From contig CAYNQR010000002.1 in the NCBI GenBank assembly GCA_964399425.1, positions 97,084 through 161,083 of the forward strand: a stretch of DNA of 64,000 nucleotides, given 5' to 3'. The stretch comes from an uncultured Dehalococcoidales bacterium (GTDB taxonomy: Bacteria; Chloroflexota; Dehalococcoidia; Dehalococcoidales; UBA5627). A model generated the notes under the pieces. The model made no database searches. It saw nothing but the letters and a program-made list of their open reading frames with translations, and was not told the origin of the DNA. The position numbers were made by a program, and so were the translations under genes. Below are positions 1 through 8,100 of the stretch, piece after piece. Every line of letters begins with the position of its first letter. Within the stretch, counting starts at the first letter, position 1.

Positions 1-1
1 G

Positions 2-2470
2 TCCGGAGCGACAGGTAAAGAGCTGATTAAAACAGTAATCAGGATTAACGGCATGTCGTGCGCCAATTGCGCCGCCAATATAGAAAAGACTTTATCGAAA
101 CTGCCCGGAGTATATCGGGCATCGGTAAATTTTGCCTCCGAAAAGGCGATAGCGGAATATGCTCCCGCAGAGATAAAGCTGCACGCAATAATAGAAGCAA
201 TTACGGAACTGGGATTTAAGCCGGTTACCTTAAAATCATCCTTTACCGTCAGCGGTATGTCATGCGCTTCCTGCGTCAGCCGCGTCGAAAAGGCTATCAT
301 GAATATCCCCGGCGTGGTCTCGGCGAATGTAAATCTGGCAAACGGTCAGGCTGTGGTAGCATACTTGGAAGACGTTCGGCTGTCATCGATAAAACAGGCG
401 GTAAGGGATGCCGGTTTTGAAGTTACAACGGATGCAGCCGCTCCGGAAGATGTTACCGAATCGGCCAACCGTCATATTAAAAAATTAAGAAATACACTGA
501 TTGCGGCGGCGATACTGGGTATAGCCATACTGGTTCTGGGTTTCCTTCCGTCATTTACCGGCAAAGCCTATCTCTTATGGGCGCTGGCGACGCCGGTGCA
601 GTTCTGGGCGGGATTAAGGTTTTATCAGGGGGCGTGGAGCGCACTCAAGCACAAAACAGCCGATATGAATACCCTGGTTGCCGTCGGCACTTCAGCAGCC
701 TATTTTTACAGCGTGGCGGCTGTGCTCATCCCTTCCGCATTTATCAGCGGGGTCATAGAACCTAACCTCTATTTCGATACATCTGCCATGATTATTTTAC
801 TAATTCTGCTGGGAAGATATTTAGAAGCCGGAGCGAAAGGAAGAACATCGGCGGCGATTAAAAAACTGATCGGTTTAAAACCTAAAGTCGCTTCTGTCAT
901 CCGTGACGAACAGGAACAGCAGATTCCTGTCGACGACGTCATTGTCGGCGATATCATTGTCGTTCGCCCCGGTGAGAGCATTCCGGTCGACGGCATCATC
1001 CGCGAGGGTTTTTCTACGATAGACGAGTCCATTATTACCGGCGAGAGCATTCCCGTCGATAAAAAAGCCGGTGACGAGGTTATCGGAGCATCCATCAACC
1101 GCACCGGAAGCTTTCGCTTTGAAGCGACGCGCGTGGGAGCTAATACAACACTCTCCCGCATCGTCAGGCTGGTAGAGCAGGCGCAGGGTTCCAAGGCGCC
1201 CATTCAGAGGCTGGCGGATATAATTGCCGGCTATTTCGTGCCCATAGTAATTTCGATTGCGGTGATTACTTTTATAATCTGGTATTTTACAGGTCCCTCT
1301 CCTTCTCTTACCTATGCCATTCTCAATTTCGTGGCGGTGCTGATTATCGCCTGCCCTTGTGCTCTGGGGCTGGCAACGCCGACTGCCATCATCGTGGGGA
1401 CGGGAAAGGGGGCAGAGAACGGTATTTTAATCCGCGATGCCGAAACGCTGGAAAAAGCGCATAAAGTCGACACCGTGCTGCTGGATAAAACCGGTACGCT
1501 GACAATGGGTGAACCGAAGGTGACAGATATCATCGTTACAAATAATATGACTAAAGATGAAATACTTCAGCTTGCGGCTGCTGTCGAGAATCAATCCGAA
1601 CACCCGCTGGGACAGGCAATCGTCTACGAGTCGAAACAAAAAGGATTGGAAATGTCGGCGATTACCGGATTCAATGCCATACCCGGCCGGGGAGTAGAAG
1701 CCATGGCAGGTAAAAGGCAAATTCTTATCGGCAATCTCAGGCTGATGAAAGACAGAAATATCTCGCTTGATGAGTCCGAAGAAAGAGCGCGCATCCTCTG
1801 GGAAAAAGGAAAAACAGTAATGTTCGTATCTATCGACGGTAATGCGGCGGGGATGATTGCATTGGCGGATACCATTAAAACGGAGGCTGCGGATGCAGTT
1901 AAAAAATTGCAGGACAGCGGGATTGACCTGATTATGCTAACCGGCGATAACCGTCGCGCTGCCGAAGCCATCGCGCGGCAGGTCGGCATCGAAGATGTGC
2001 TGTACGAAATTCTTCCGGAGCATAAGGCTGACGAAGTTCGCAAATTGCAGCAGGCGGGTAAAACCGTGGCAATGGTAGGGGACGGTATCAACGATGCGCC
2101 GGCGCTGGCGCAGGCGGATATCGGCATTGCCATCGGCACGGGTACCGATATAGCTATGGAAACGGGAGATATTACCCTGGTAAGCGGTGAATTGAAGGGA
2201 ATCGCCCAAGCCATCGATTTGAGTAAAAAGACCATGAGAACCATAAAACAGAATCTATTCTGGGCTTTTGCCTACAACGTGCTTCTCATACCGGTTGCTG
2301 CCGGAATTTTATATCTGTTCTTCGGCAATGGGACGGTACCTTCCGGTTTGCATTTTGCCCTCGGAGAGTACGGTTTTTTGAATCCGATTCTGGCGGCGGC
2401 TGCCATGGCGCTAAGTTCTCTGACGGTGGTTTCCAATTCGCTGAGGTTGAAAAATTACCGGCTTAAATAG
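2..2470 (+). CDS. copA: Cu(I)-translocating P1B-type ATPase, 5' end truncated by the window edge
   Basis: Two HMA motifs (GMSCANC, GMSCASC), TGES, transmembrane CPC, DKTGT, GDGINDAP and YN. The frame is open upstream of the ATG at 53 to the window edge, and that Met lies inside the first GMxCxxC motif, so the true start is before position 1. Confidence 0.95.
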   Translation, partial: SGATGKELIKTVIRINGMSCANCAANIEKTLSKLPGVYRASVNFASEKAIAEYAPAEIKLHAIIEAITELGFKPVTLKSSFTVSGMSCASCVSRVEKAIMNIPGVVSANVNLANGQAVVAYLEDVRLSSIKQAVRDAGFEVTTDAAAPEDVTESANRHIKKLRNTLIAAAILGIAILVLGFLPSFTGKAYLLWALATPVQFWAGLRFYQGAWSALKHKTADMNTLVAVGTSAAYFYSVAAVLIPSAFISGVIEPNLYFDTSAMIILLILLGRYLEAGAKGRTSAAIKKLIGLKPKVASVIRDEQEQQIPVDDVIVGDIIVVRPGESIPVDGIIREGFSTIDESIITGESIPVDKKAGDEVIGASINRTGSFRFEATRVGANTTLSRIVRLVEQAQGSKAPIQRLADIIAGYFVPIVISIAVITFIIWYFTGPSPSLTYAILNFVAVLIIACPCALGLATPTAIIVGTGKGAENGILIRDAETLEKAHKVDTVLLDKTGTLTMGEPKVTDIIVTNNMTKDEILQLAAAVENQSEHPLGQAIVYESKQKGLEMSAITGFNAIPGRGVEAMAGKRQILIGNLRLMKDRNISLDESEERARILWEKGKTVMFVSIDGNAAGMIALADTIKTEAADAVKKLQDSGIDLIMLTGDNRRAAEAIARQVGIEDVLYEILPEHKADEVRKLQQAGKTVAMVGDGINDAPALAQADIGIAIGTGTDIAMETGDITLVSGELKGIAQAIDLSKKTMRTIKQNLFWAFAYNVLLIPVAAGILYLFFGNGTVPSGLHFALGEYGFLNPILAAAAMALSSLTVVSNSLRLKNYRLK

Positions 2471-2494
2471 TTACGGTTCTAATAGGAGGATGGT

Positions 2495-3088
2495 ATGAAC
2501 AGTGATGTCATTATCAGCCCCGATACCGAAAGGCAACAACGCATTCCGCCCGGTCAGAGAGAAACCGGCAGGTTCCCCGTCCTGCATCACGGTGAAGTTC
2601 CGCAAGTAGACCTCCCAAAGTGGAAATTCGACATCAGCGGACTGGTTGATAAACCTGTATCGCTGGATTACAAATCATTCATGGCGATGCCGATAGTGCA
2701 GGTGTTTTCAGATATTCACTGTGTTACCGGATGGTCTAAATTGAACTGCCTCTGGGAAGGAATAAGTTCGCGGGAATTGGCAGCACTGGTCGGCGTATTG
2801 CCCGAAGCAAGATTTGTAATCGTTCATGCCGAAAACGGCTTTACCACTAATCTGACCCTGGCGGATTTTATGGAACCGGATGTGCTTTTTGCCACAAGAT
2901 ATAATAACGAACCGCTCACTGTGGAGCACGGCGCGCCGGTCAGGCTGGTGGTGCCGCGGCTGTATTTCTGGAAGAGCGCCAAGTGGGTTGCCGGTATCGA
3001 ATTTACGGATAGCGACAGGCCGGGATTCTGGGAGACGCGCGGTTATCATAATCACGGCGACCCGTGGACGGAAGAGCGATACGGATAA
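2495..3088 (+). CDS. Sulfite-oxidase-like molybdopterin-binding oxidoreductase (cytoplasmic MsrP/YuiH-like)
   Basis: HCVTGWS Mo-ligand Cys motif, HGAPVRLVVPRLYFWKSAKW, GFWE-x-RGYH; AGGAGG RBS upstream; no signal peptide. Confidence 0.85.
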   Translation: MNSDVIISPDTERQQRIPPGQRETGRFPVLHHGEVPQVDLPKWKFDISGLVDKPVSLDYKSFMAMPIVQVFSDIHCVTGWSKLNCLWEGISSRELAALVGVLPEARFVIVHAENGFTTNLTLADFMEPDVLFATRYNNEPLTVEHGAPVRLVVPRLYFWKSAKWVAGIEFTDSDRPGFWETRGYHNHGDPWTEERYG

Positions 3089-3127
3089 GCGGCTGCCTTA
3101 GTATCCATTTGATGGTAGTAGAGATTA

Positions 3128-3184
3128 AAGAAGCCGTTCGTGGATGAGTTCCGACATATCGGGATCGAACCAGAGCGGCTTCTT
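3128..3184. repeat. Palindromic repeat between convergent genes, possible bidirectional terminator
   Basis: Inverted repeat aagaagccg (3128-3136) / cggcttctt (3176-3184). It belongs to the gccgttcgtggtgagcttgtcgaacca family also seen near 47714. Confidence 0.6.
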
Positions 3185-3216
3185 CGATTTGTTTATTTAC
3201 GTCGAGATATAAATGT

Positions 3217-4449
3217 TTAGAACATATCTTCTTCGCTATCTTCTATAGCTTTCTTAAGTTCGGCGTTAAGAAGCGGAGGCAGACCCTCGATATCGACATT
3301 CAAGAATCCGCGTACGATAGTCGAAGTGGCATCGTCCCTGGTGAGACCCCTTGCCATCAGGTATTCCACTTCCTCCTCGGCGATTTTGCCGACTGCCGCT
3401 TCGTGTGAAAGGTCGATACCGGCCAGGTTGCCTTTGAGTTCGGGGATGGCGTGGATGGAACCGGTATCACCCAGTATCAGCCCGCGGCATTCGAGATGTC
3501 CTTTGACATCCGGTTCGTTACCCTCGATATAACCGCGTGCGATGATGTTGCCTCCGGTGGTAATCGTCCTTGAAATCAGTTCTGTCCTGGCGCCTTTACC
3601 GTTTAGCAGCACCCGCGAACCGATGTCCATATTGGACCCGGGAGGGGCAATCAAAATGCTGTTGAAACGGGCGGTGGCATTCTCCCCTATACAATTGGCG
3701 GTCGGATTCTGCTGCAGCGATTCGACCGGTTTCATAATCACATAATTATTCAAAAGCAAGCCGTTGTCCTCAATGATAATACCCGTCCTGGGACGCACGC
3801 CCATGGCAGGAGTCCAGTTGTGTATCATGGTAAAGGTTACCTTGGCGCCTTTTTTGATATAGAATTCGGAAACGCCGAGGTGCAAACCCGGTTCATTGTG
3901 CAGCGATGTGGTGCAGCCGGTGATAATGTGCAATTCCGAACCCTCTTCTGCGATGATGATATTATGTACGTCCTGTACGGCGCCAATCTTGTTTAAATAC
4001 AGGCAGGCCTGTACCGGGAACACTGTTTTGGCGCCGGGTAATGCCCTGATGAAATAGCCGTCTGCATTGTTTAGTTCGACATGCGCGGTATATTTATCGG
4101 TATCGACGGAGACAGCATGCCACCAGTAATCTCCGAACCAGTCGTACTTTTCCTTTGCTCTGCTTACGGCCATGACCTCGATGCCGTCCTGTTTTTGCGA
4201 ATAGTGAACCGGTGTATTCCCCATCTGGATAAATGTTCCCGAACGTTGTGCGGGGTCATCCAGCATGACACCCGTCGAAAGCATTCTTTCCTTGTCTTCC
4301 ACCGGTAACGCCGAGGGGTCGATATTTTGGGGTTTTTCAACAGAATCAATTATATACTTCGATAATTCGATGTCTTTCCCGATTGAAGCATTTTTATTGG
4401 CGGCAGCCCTGGCTTTTTCGAGATTGGTCTTATTTAATTTCTCAGGCAT
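3217..4449 (-). CDS. sufB: SufB/SufD-family Fe-S assembly scaffold (SmsB-like)
   Basis: QACL, HNIIIAEEGSELHIITGCT, GHLECRGLIL, SHEAAVGKIAEEEVEYLMARGL; directly downstream of sufC. Confidence 0.9.
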   Translation of the reverse strand: MPEKLNKTNLEKARAAANKNASIGKDIELSKYIIDSVEKPQNIDPSALPVEDKERMLSTGVMLDDPAQRSGTFIQMGNTPVHYSQKQDGIEVMAVSRAKEKYDWFGDYWWHAVSVDTDKYTAHVELNNADGYFIRALPGAKTVFPVQACLYLNKIGAVQDVHNIIIAEEGSELHIITGCTTSLHNEPGLHLGVSEFYIKKGAKVTFTMIHNWTPAMGVRPRTGIIIEDNGLLLNNYVIMKPVESLQQNPTANCIGENATARFNSILIAPPGSNMDIGSRVLLNGKGARTELISRTITTGGNIIARGYIEGNEPDVKGHLECRGLILGDTGSIHAIPELKGNLAGIDLSHEAAVGKIAEEEVEYLMARGLTRDDATSTIVRGFLNVDIEGLPPLLNAELKKAIEDSEEDMF

Positions 4450-5201
4450 TTATAACACTCCCGATACCCTTTTTCTTTAATGGTATTTAACATGTCCAGG
4501 GGTTCGCCCTCGCAAATAATATTTCCCTCAAACATAACATATCCCGTTCTGGCATTGACGTAATTCAGGATATGCCCCGTATGCGTGATAATTAGTCCGC
4601 TGTTTATTCTTTCACGGATAGGGTGTACTTTTCCAAGCAGTTCATTTATAAGCGACCCGATAAGGGAAATATTCTCAAGATCGACTCCCGATTCCGGTTC
4701 ATCCAATAGCACCAGGTTGGGCGATTGCGCCGATAACTGTAATAACTCGGAACGCTTGATTTCACCGCCGGAAAAACCGTGATTGATATCGCGGGAGAGA
4801 AAATCGGTCATATTGGCTTTATCCGCAAGTTTCGAAATCAATTCTTCCGCGGTATCTTTTTTGAGGCAGGCGGCTACCATATCGCGCGTCTTGACACCGC
4901 GCACAACCGGCGGGCGCTGGAACATAATGCCCATCCCCAGCCTGGCGCGTTCATCGACCGGCATACCGGTTACGTCAATTCCCTTAAAATGAATCTTGCC
5001 GCTGACAACCTTGTACCTCGGAAAACCCATAATGGTCATCAGGAGAGTAGTCTTGCCGCCGCCGTTCGGCCCGAATATTATCTGCGTTTCACCCGAAGGA
5101 ATTCTTAGACTTACACCATGCAGTATCTCTTTATCGTCGACGGTAACGACAAGGTCTTTTATATCCAGCAGGATTTCTCTATCCGCTCTTTCTGAATCCA
5201 T
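4434..5201 (-). CDS. sufC: SufC-type ABC ATPase (SmsC-like)
   Basis: GPNGGGKTT, FSGGEIKRSE, LLDEPESGVD, IITHTG; C-terminal C-x18-C-x2-C. Confidence 0.9.
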   Translation of the reverse strand: MDSERADREILLDIKDLVVTVDDKEILHGVSLRIPSGETQIIFGPNGGGKTTLLMTIMGFPRYKVVSGKIHFKGIDVTGMPVDERARLGMGIMFQRPPVVRGVKTRDMVAACLKKDTAEELISKLADKANMTDFLSRDINHGFSGGEIKRSELLQLSAQSPNLVLLDEPESGVDLENISLIGSLINELLGKVHPIRERINSGLIITHTGHILNYVNARTGYVMFEGNIICEGEPLDMLNTIKEKGYRECYKCLRN

Positions 5202-5306
5202 AGCAGAAACCTCCTCTTTTGGATGTTTACTTTTACAACGCTTGTTTCAATTATCAATAACAGGGTTGTCCCTGATTAAACAGGTATTCGGGTTTTGTAT
5301 TTTAAC

Positions 5307-5334
5307 ATTATATCATCTATAAGCCGTATGGCAA
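5307..5334 (-). promoter_or_regulatory. Putative sigma70 promoter of sufCB
   Basis: Minus strand TTGCCA-16 bp-TATAAT with TG extended -10. Confidence 0.5.
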
Positions 5335-5381
5335 AAAGAGAGGATAGCGGTTTTGTTAACAATCTGTAACGGACAAAGATC

Positions 5382-5427
5382 GACCGGTCTGCCAGCGGGC
5401 ATCGTTGCGTCCATGGCAGTCCCGGTC
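5382..5427 (-). terminator. Possible terminator hairpin after the ABC permease
   Basis: gaccggtctgcca ... tggcagtcccggtc inverted repeat 24 nt past the stop codon; U-tract weak. Confidence 0.35.
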
Positions 5428-5450
5428 AATCCCAAATATGTTATTTAAGT

Positions 5451-6179
5451 TCAGGCTCGTTTTCGCAGCGTTAACGAGGCAAGAATCGATGTCAATATGG
5501 CAAACCCCAGCAGAACCGATAATTCAACCCATACATCTGCCAGGCTGAAGCCGTAAAGCATGATATCCCTGAGACCGTCTACGGCGTATGTTAACGGCAG
5601 TATTACCGATAACCATTGCAGGTATTCGGGCATTTGCTCTACCGGCCATATAACACCGCAGAGGAATATTTGCGGTACTATTATCAATGGTATGAATTGA
5701 ACCATCTGGAATTCGTTATGCGCAAATGTGGATGTAAAAATTCCCAGAGTAACAGCTCCGGTGATAACCACCACCTGGAAGACCAGTATCTGCCACAGTT
5801 CGCCATAGAAATTGATTCCGAGTACGTAGATAGTAAACAGAACGATGATTAGAGTCTGAATCAAGGCAAAGATAAAGAAACCGAGCAGATAACCCAGCAC
5901 GATATCGAGGCGGGTAACCGGAGCTACCATCAGTCTTTCCATAGTGCCCTGGGAGCGTTCCCTGAGGAAACTGATGCCTGTCAGCAGGAAGCTGAAGAAA
6001 AGCGCCAGCGTTGCCAGCATAGCGGGGGCGATGTAATCCAGCACGCTTTCATCGGGGAAGCTTAAACCGATTAATGTCATAACCACCAGCGGTACAATCA
6101 GAATCAGCGCCATTGTCCTGCGGTCATGGATGACCTGGCTGGCGACACGCCCGGCTATATGAATCGCATTACCTGCCAT
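5451..6179 (-). CDS. ABC-2 type exporter permease
   Basis: Six hydrophobic segments, RERSQGTMERLMVAP and PLTYAVDGLR motifs. Start set at ATG 6179 (MAGNAI), overlapping the ATPase stop. Confidence 0.9.
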   Translation of the reverse strand: MAGNAIHIAGRVASQVIHDRRTMALILIVPLVVMTLIGLSFPDESVLDYIAPAMLATLALFFSFLLTGISFLRERSQGTMERLMVAPVTRLDIVLGYLLGFFIFALIQTLIIVLFTIYVLGINFYGELWQILVFQVVVITGAVTLGIFTSTFAHNEFQMVQFIPLIIVPQIFLCGVIWPVEQMPEYLQWLSVILPLTYAVDGLRDIMLYGFSLADVWVELSVLLGFAILTSILASLTLRKRA

Positions 6180-6915
6180 CTTCTTTAACCTCCCTGCGAA
6201 TAAAATAGAGGAAGGAATCTTCGAGTGTGGCATCAGCCTTACCTGTCGCCTGTTTTAACTCCGCCGGGCTTCCTTCCGCTACGATTTTTCCCAGCCTCAT
6301 AAATGCCAGCTTGTTGCAGTGGGCGGCGTCATCGAAGGTGTGGCTGGAGATAATCAGAGTCGAGCCGCTTTTGGTCAGTTCCTCGAAATAATTCCAGAAA
6401 TGCACCCTTAACTCGGGGTCCAGCCCGACGGTCGGTTCGTCAAGAAAAATCAGCGGCGGACGATGCACGATGGCGCAAGCCAAGCTGACGCGCTGCTTCA
6501 TACCGCCTGAAAGCTGATTCACATAAGCGTTTCTTTTCTGGCACAGGTCGACCAGTTCGATAACTTCGTCGACTCTCTGCGACCTTTCCTTTTTATTCTT
6601 CATACCGTAGATACGGGCGAAAAAATCGATATTCTGCCTGACTGATAGTTCGCTGTAGAGCGCCGGCAGCTGCGGCATATAACCGATTTGGCGCGCCAGC
6701 TCGCGCGAAGCCGTTTTACCGAGGCACTTAATGCTGCCTGAAGAAGGTTTAAGCAAACCCACCATCAGCCGGATGAGGGTTGTTTTACCGGCGCCGTTGG
6801 GGCCGAGCAGTCCGTAGCTCATTCCCTGTTCGATGGCTACAGAAATATCATCGATAACTTTCAGTTTGCCGTAGTTGAATGTGACACTGCCGATATCGAT
6901 TGCCGCATTCGTCAT
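6169..6915 (-). CDS. ABC exporter ATP-binding protein
   Basis: GPNGAGKTT, LSGGMKQR, LDEPTVGLDP, H-loop SSH. Confidence 0.95.
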   Translation of the reverse strand: MTNAAIDIGSVTFNYGKLKVIDDISVAIEQGMSYGLLGPNGAGKTTLIRLMVGLLKPSSGSIKCLGKTASRELARQIGYMPQLPALYSELSVRQNIDFFARIYGMKNKKERSQRVDEVIELVDLCQKRNAYVNQLSGGMKQRVSLACAIVHRPPLIFLDEPTVGLDPELRVHFWNYFEELTKSGSTLIISSHTFDDAAHCNKLAFMRLGKIVAEGSPAELKQATGKADATLEDSFLYFIRREVKEDGR

Positions 6916-7565
6916 GCACTACCTTCCTTTTTACCGAAATTTGCTGGGGCTATACCTGTAAATATAAAGCTCATTATTTCATTTACCAGCTGCTCGCGCG
7001 GGATGTTATTAAGCGGGCTTTTTTCACCTTCGATAGTTTTTAGCAACAGGAAGCCGATAATCATGCCGCCGATTACCCTGGTAGCAATGGCAGGCGTCAT
7101 TTTACGAATCTTGCCGGATGCCATCATCTTGTTATAGGATGCTTCCATCCGGTTAAAAAACGGAGCTAAAAACTGCTCGGCATATAATTTTTTCAGTTCA
7201 GGGTCGCGCTGTATTTCGCTCATCAGACCCATGATATGGGAAACATTATCGTTTTCGGCAAAATCGAGCCTGTCCTGCAGGATGTCATGAAAGACAAAGG
7301 GGGTTCCGTCTTCCGGCAGCTTTTCGATCAGTTCCATCAGGTGCATGGTGATGATAAGGTTTTTAATTACGGCGATAAAAAGTTCTCTTTTAGTGGGGAA
7401 ATAGTTGTAAATCGTGCCTTCGGCGACTCCGGCTGCTTTGGCTATTTCCGAGGTGGTGGTTGCAGCGAATCCCTTGCGAGAGAAGACGGGCAGGGCGGCA
7501 TCCAGTATTTGCCGCTTTCTCATTTCAGCGATTGTCTTTTTTCTTTCGTGTCTGGTAGCTGCCAT
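6912..7565 (-). CDS. TetR/AcrR family transcriptional regulator
   Basis: ILDAALPVFSRKGFAATTTSEIAKAAGVAEGTIYNYFPTKRELF helix-turn-helix. Confidence 0.95.
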   Translation of the reverse strand: MAATRHERKKTIAEMRKRQILDAALPVFSRKGFAATTTSEIAKAAGVAEGTIYNYFPTKRELFIAVIKNLIITMHLMELIEKLPEDGTPFVFHDILQDRLDFAENDNVSHIMGLMSEIQRDPELKKLYAEQFLAPFFNRMEASYNKMMASGKIRKMTPAIATRVIGGMIIGFLLLKTIEGEKSPLNNIPREQLVNEIMSFIFTGIAPANFGKKEGSA

Positions 7566-7585
7566 TATCAGTCTCCTGTATCAAA

Positions 7586-7603
7586 TGAATGAGCACTCAC
7601 TCA
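7586..7603. promoter_or_regulatory. Putative TetR operator
   Basis: Imperfect palindrome TGAATGAG-CA-CTCACTCA (14/18 self-complementary) between the -10 box and the RBS of tetR. Confidence 0.6.
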
Positions 7604-7610
7604 ATAATTA

Positions 7611-7640
7611 ATTATAGTTGCTATCGAATACAATTGTCAA
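7611..7640 (-). promoter_or_regulatory. sigma70 promoter of the tetR-ABC operon
   Basis: Minus strand TTGACA-18 bp-TATAAT, both boxes consensus. Confidence 0.65.
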
Positions 7641-7719
7641 TACTTTTATAGTCATTAAAGGAAAATATTAAATAAACATCTTGGCGACTGACTATCTTAT
7701 TGATTCCAATTGATTGCAC

Positions 7720-8040
7720 TCATCCGGCAATCTAGGCGAATCGGGACTGCCACCCCGACAAGTCGGGACAAATTCAGGCTTCCCTTGGGGGAAGCTGTCG
7801 AATGAAATGAGACTGATGAGGGATCATGAAATGTATTAGCCCACCCCTCCTCGGATCCTTCTCCCGATAAATCGGGATCAGGATGACAGTTAGCGTATTG
7901 TCATACCCGTGTAGCGGCGACAGTGAATTGTCATGCTGAATTTGTGGTGGTCGAATGAAGAATTCGGGGTGGGGTATAACAAAACCCTCATCCGTCATTC
8001 ATTCTATATGAATGACACCTTCCCCCGGGGGAAGGCAAAA
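7720..8040. repeat. Intergenic mosaic of palindromic repeats (copy 1)
   Basis: Contains ggcttcccttgggggaagctgtcg..gagactgatgaggg and aaccctcatccgtc..gacaccttccccc (both recur at 52309-52415), gtcatgctgaat..gtggtggtcgaatgaag (recurs near 10550, 14735 and, inverted, 52440) and cccgataaatcggga mini-hairpins. Confidence 0.85.
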
Positions 8041-8062
8041 TAAGTCAAGCCTAATCTTAACA

Positions 8063-8091
8063 TTGTCAATACTTTCGTTTAGTGTTAGAAT
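8063..8091 (+). promoter_or_regulatory. Putative sigma70 promoter of the SDR/5-alpha-reductase operon, near-leaderless
   Basis: TTGTCA-17 bp-TAGAAT with TG extended -10. The ATG is 9 nt after the -10 box and there is no SD sequence. Confidence 0.55.
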
Positions 8092-8100
8092 TCTGGCAAC

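Noticed and set aside
7774-7998. Short ORFs inside repeat mosaics (also 47878-48060, 48107-48295, 52335-52520, 52702-52884)
   Set aside because: They lie wholly in non-coding repeat modules, lack an RBS and have no protein-like motifs.
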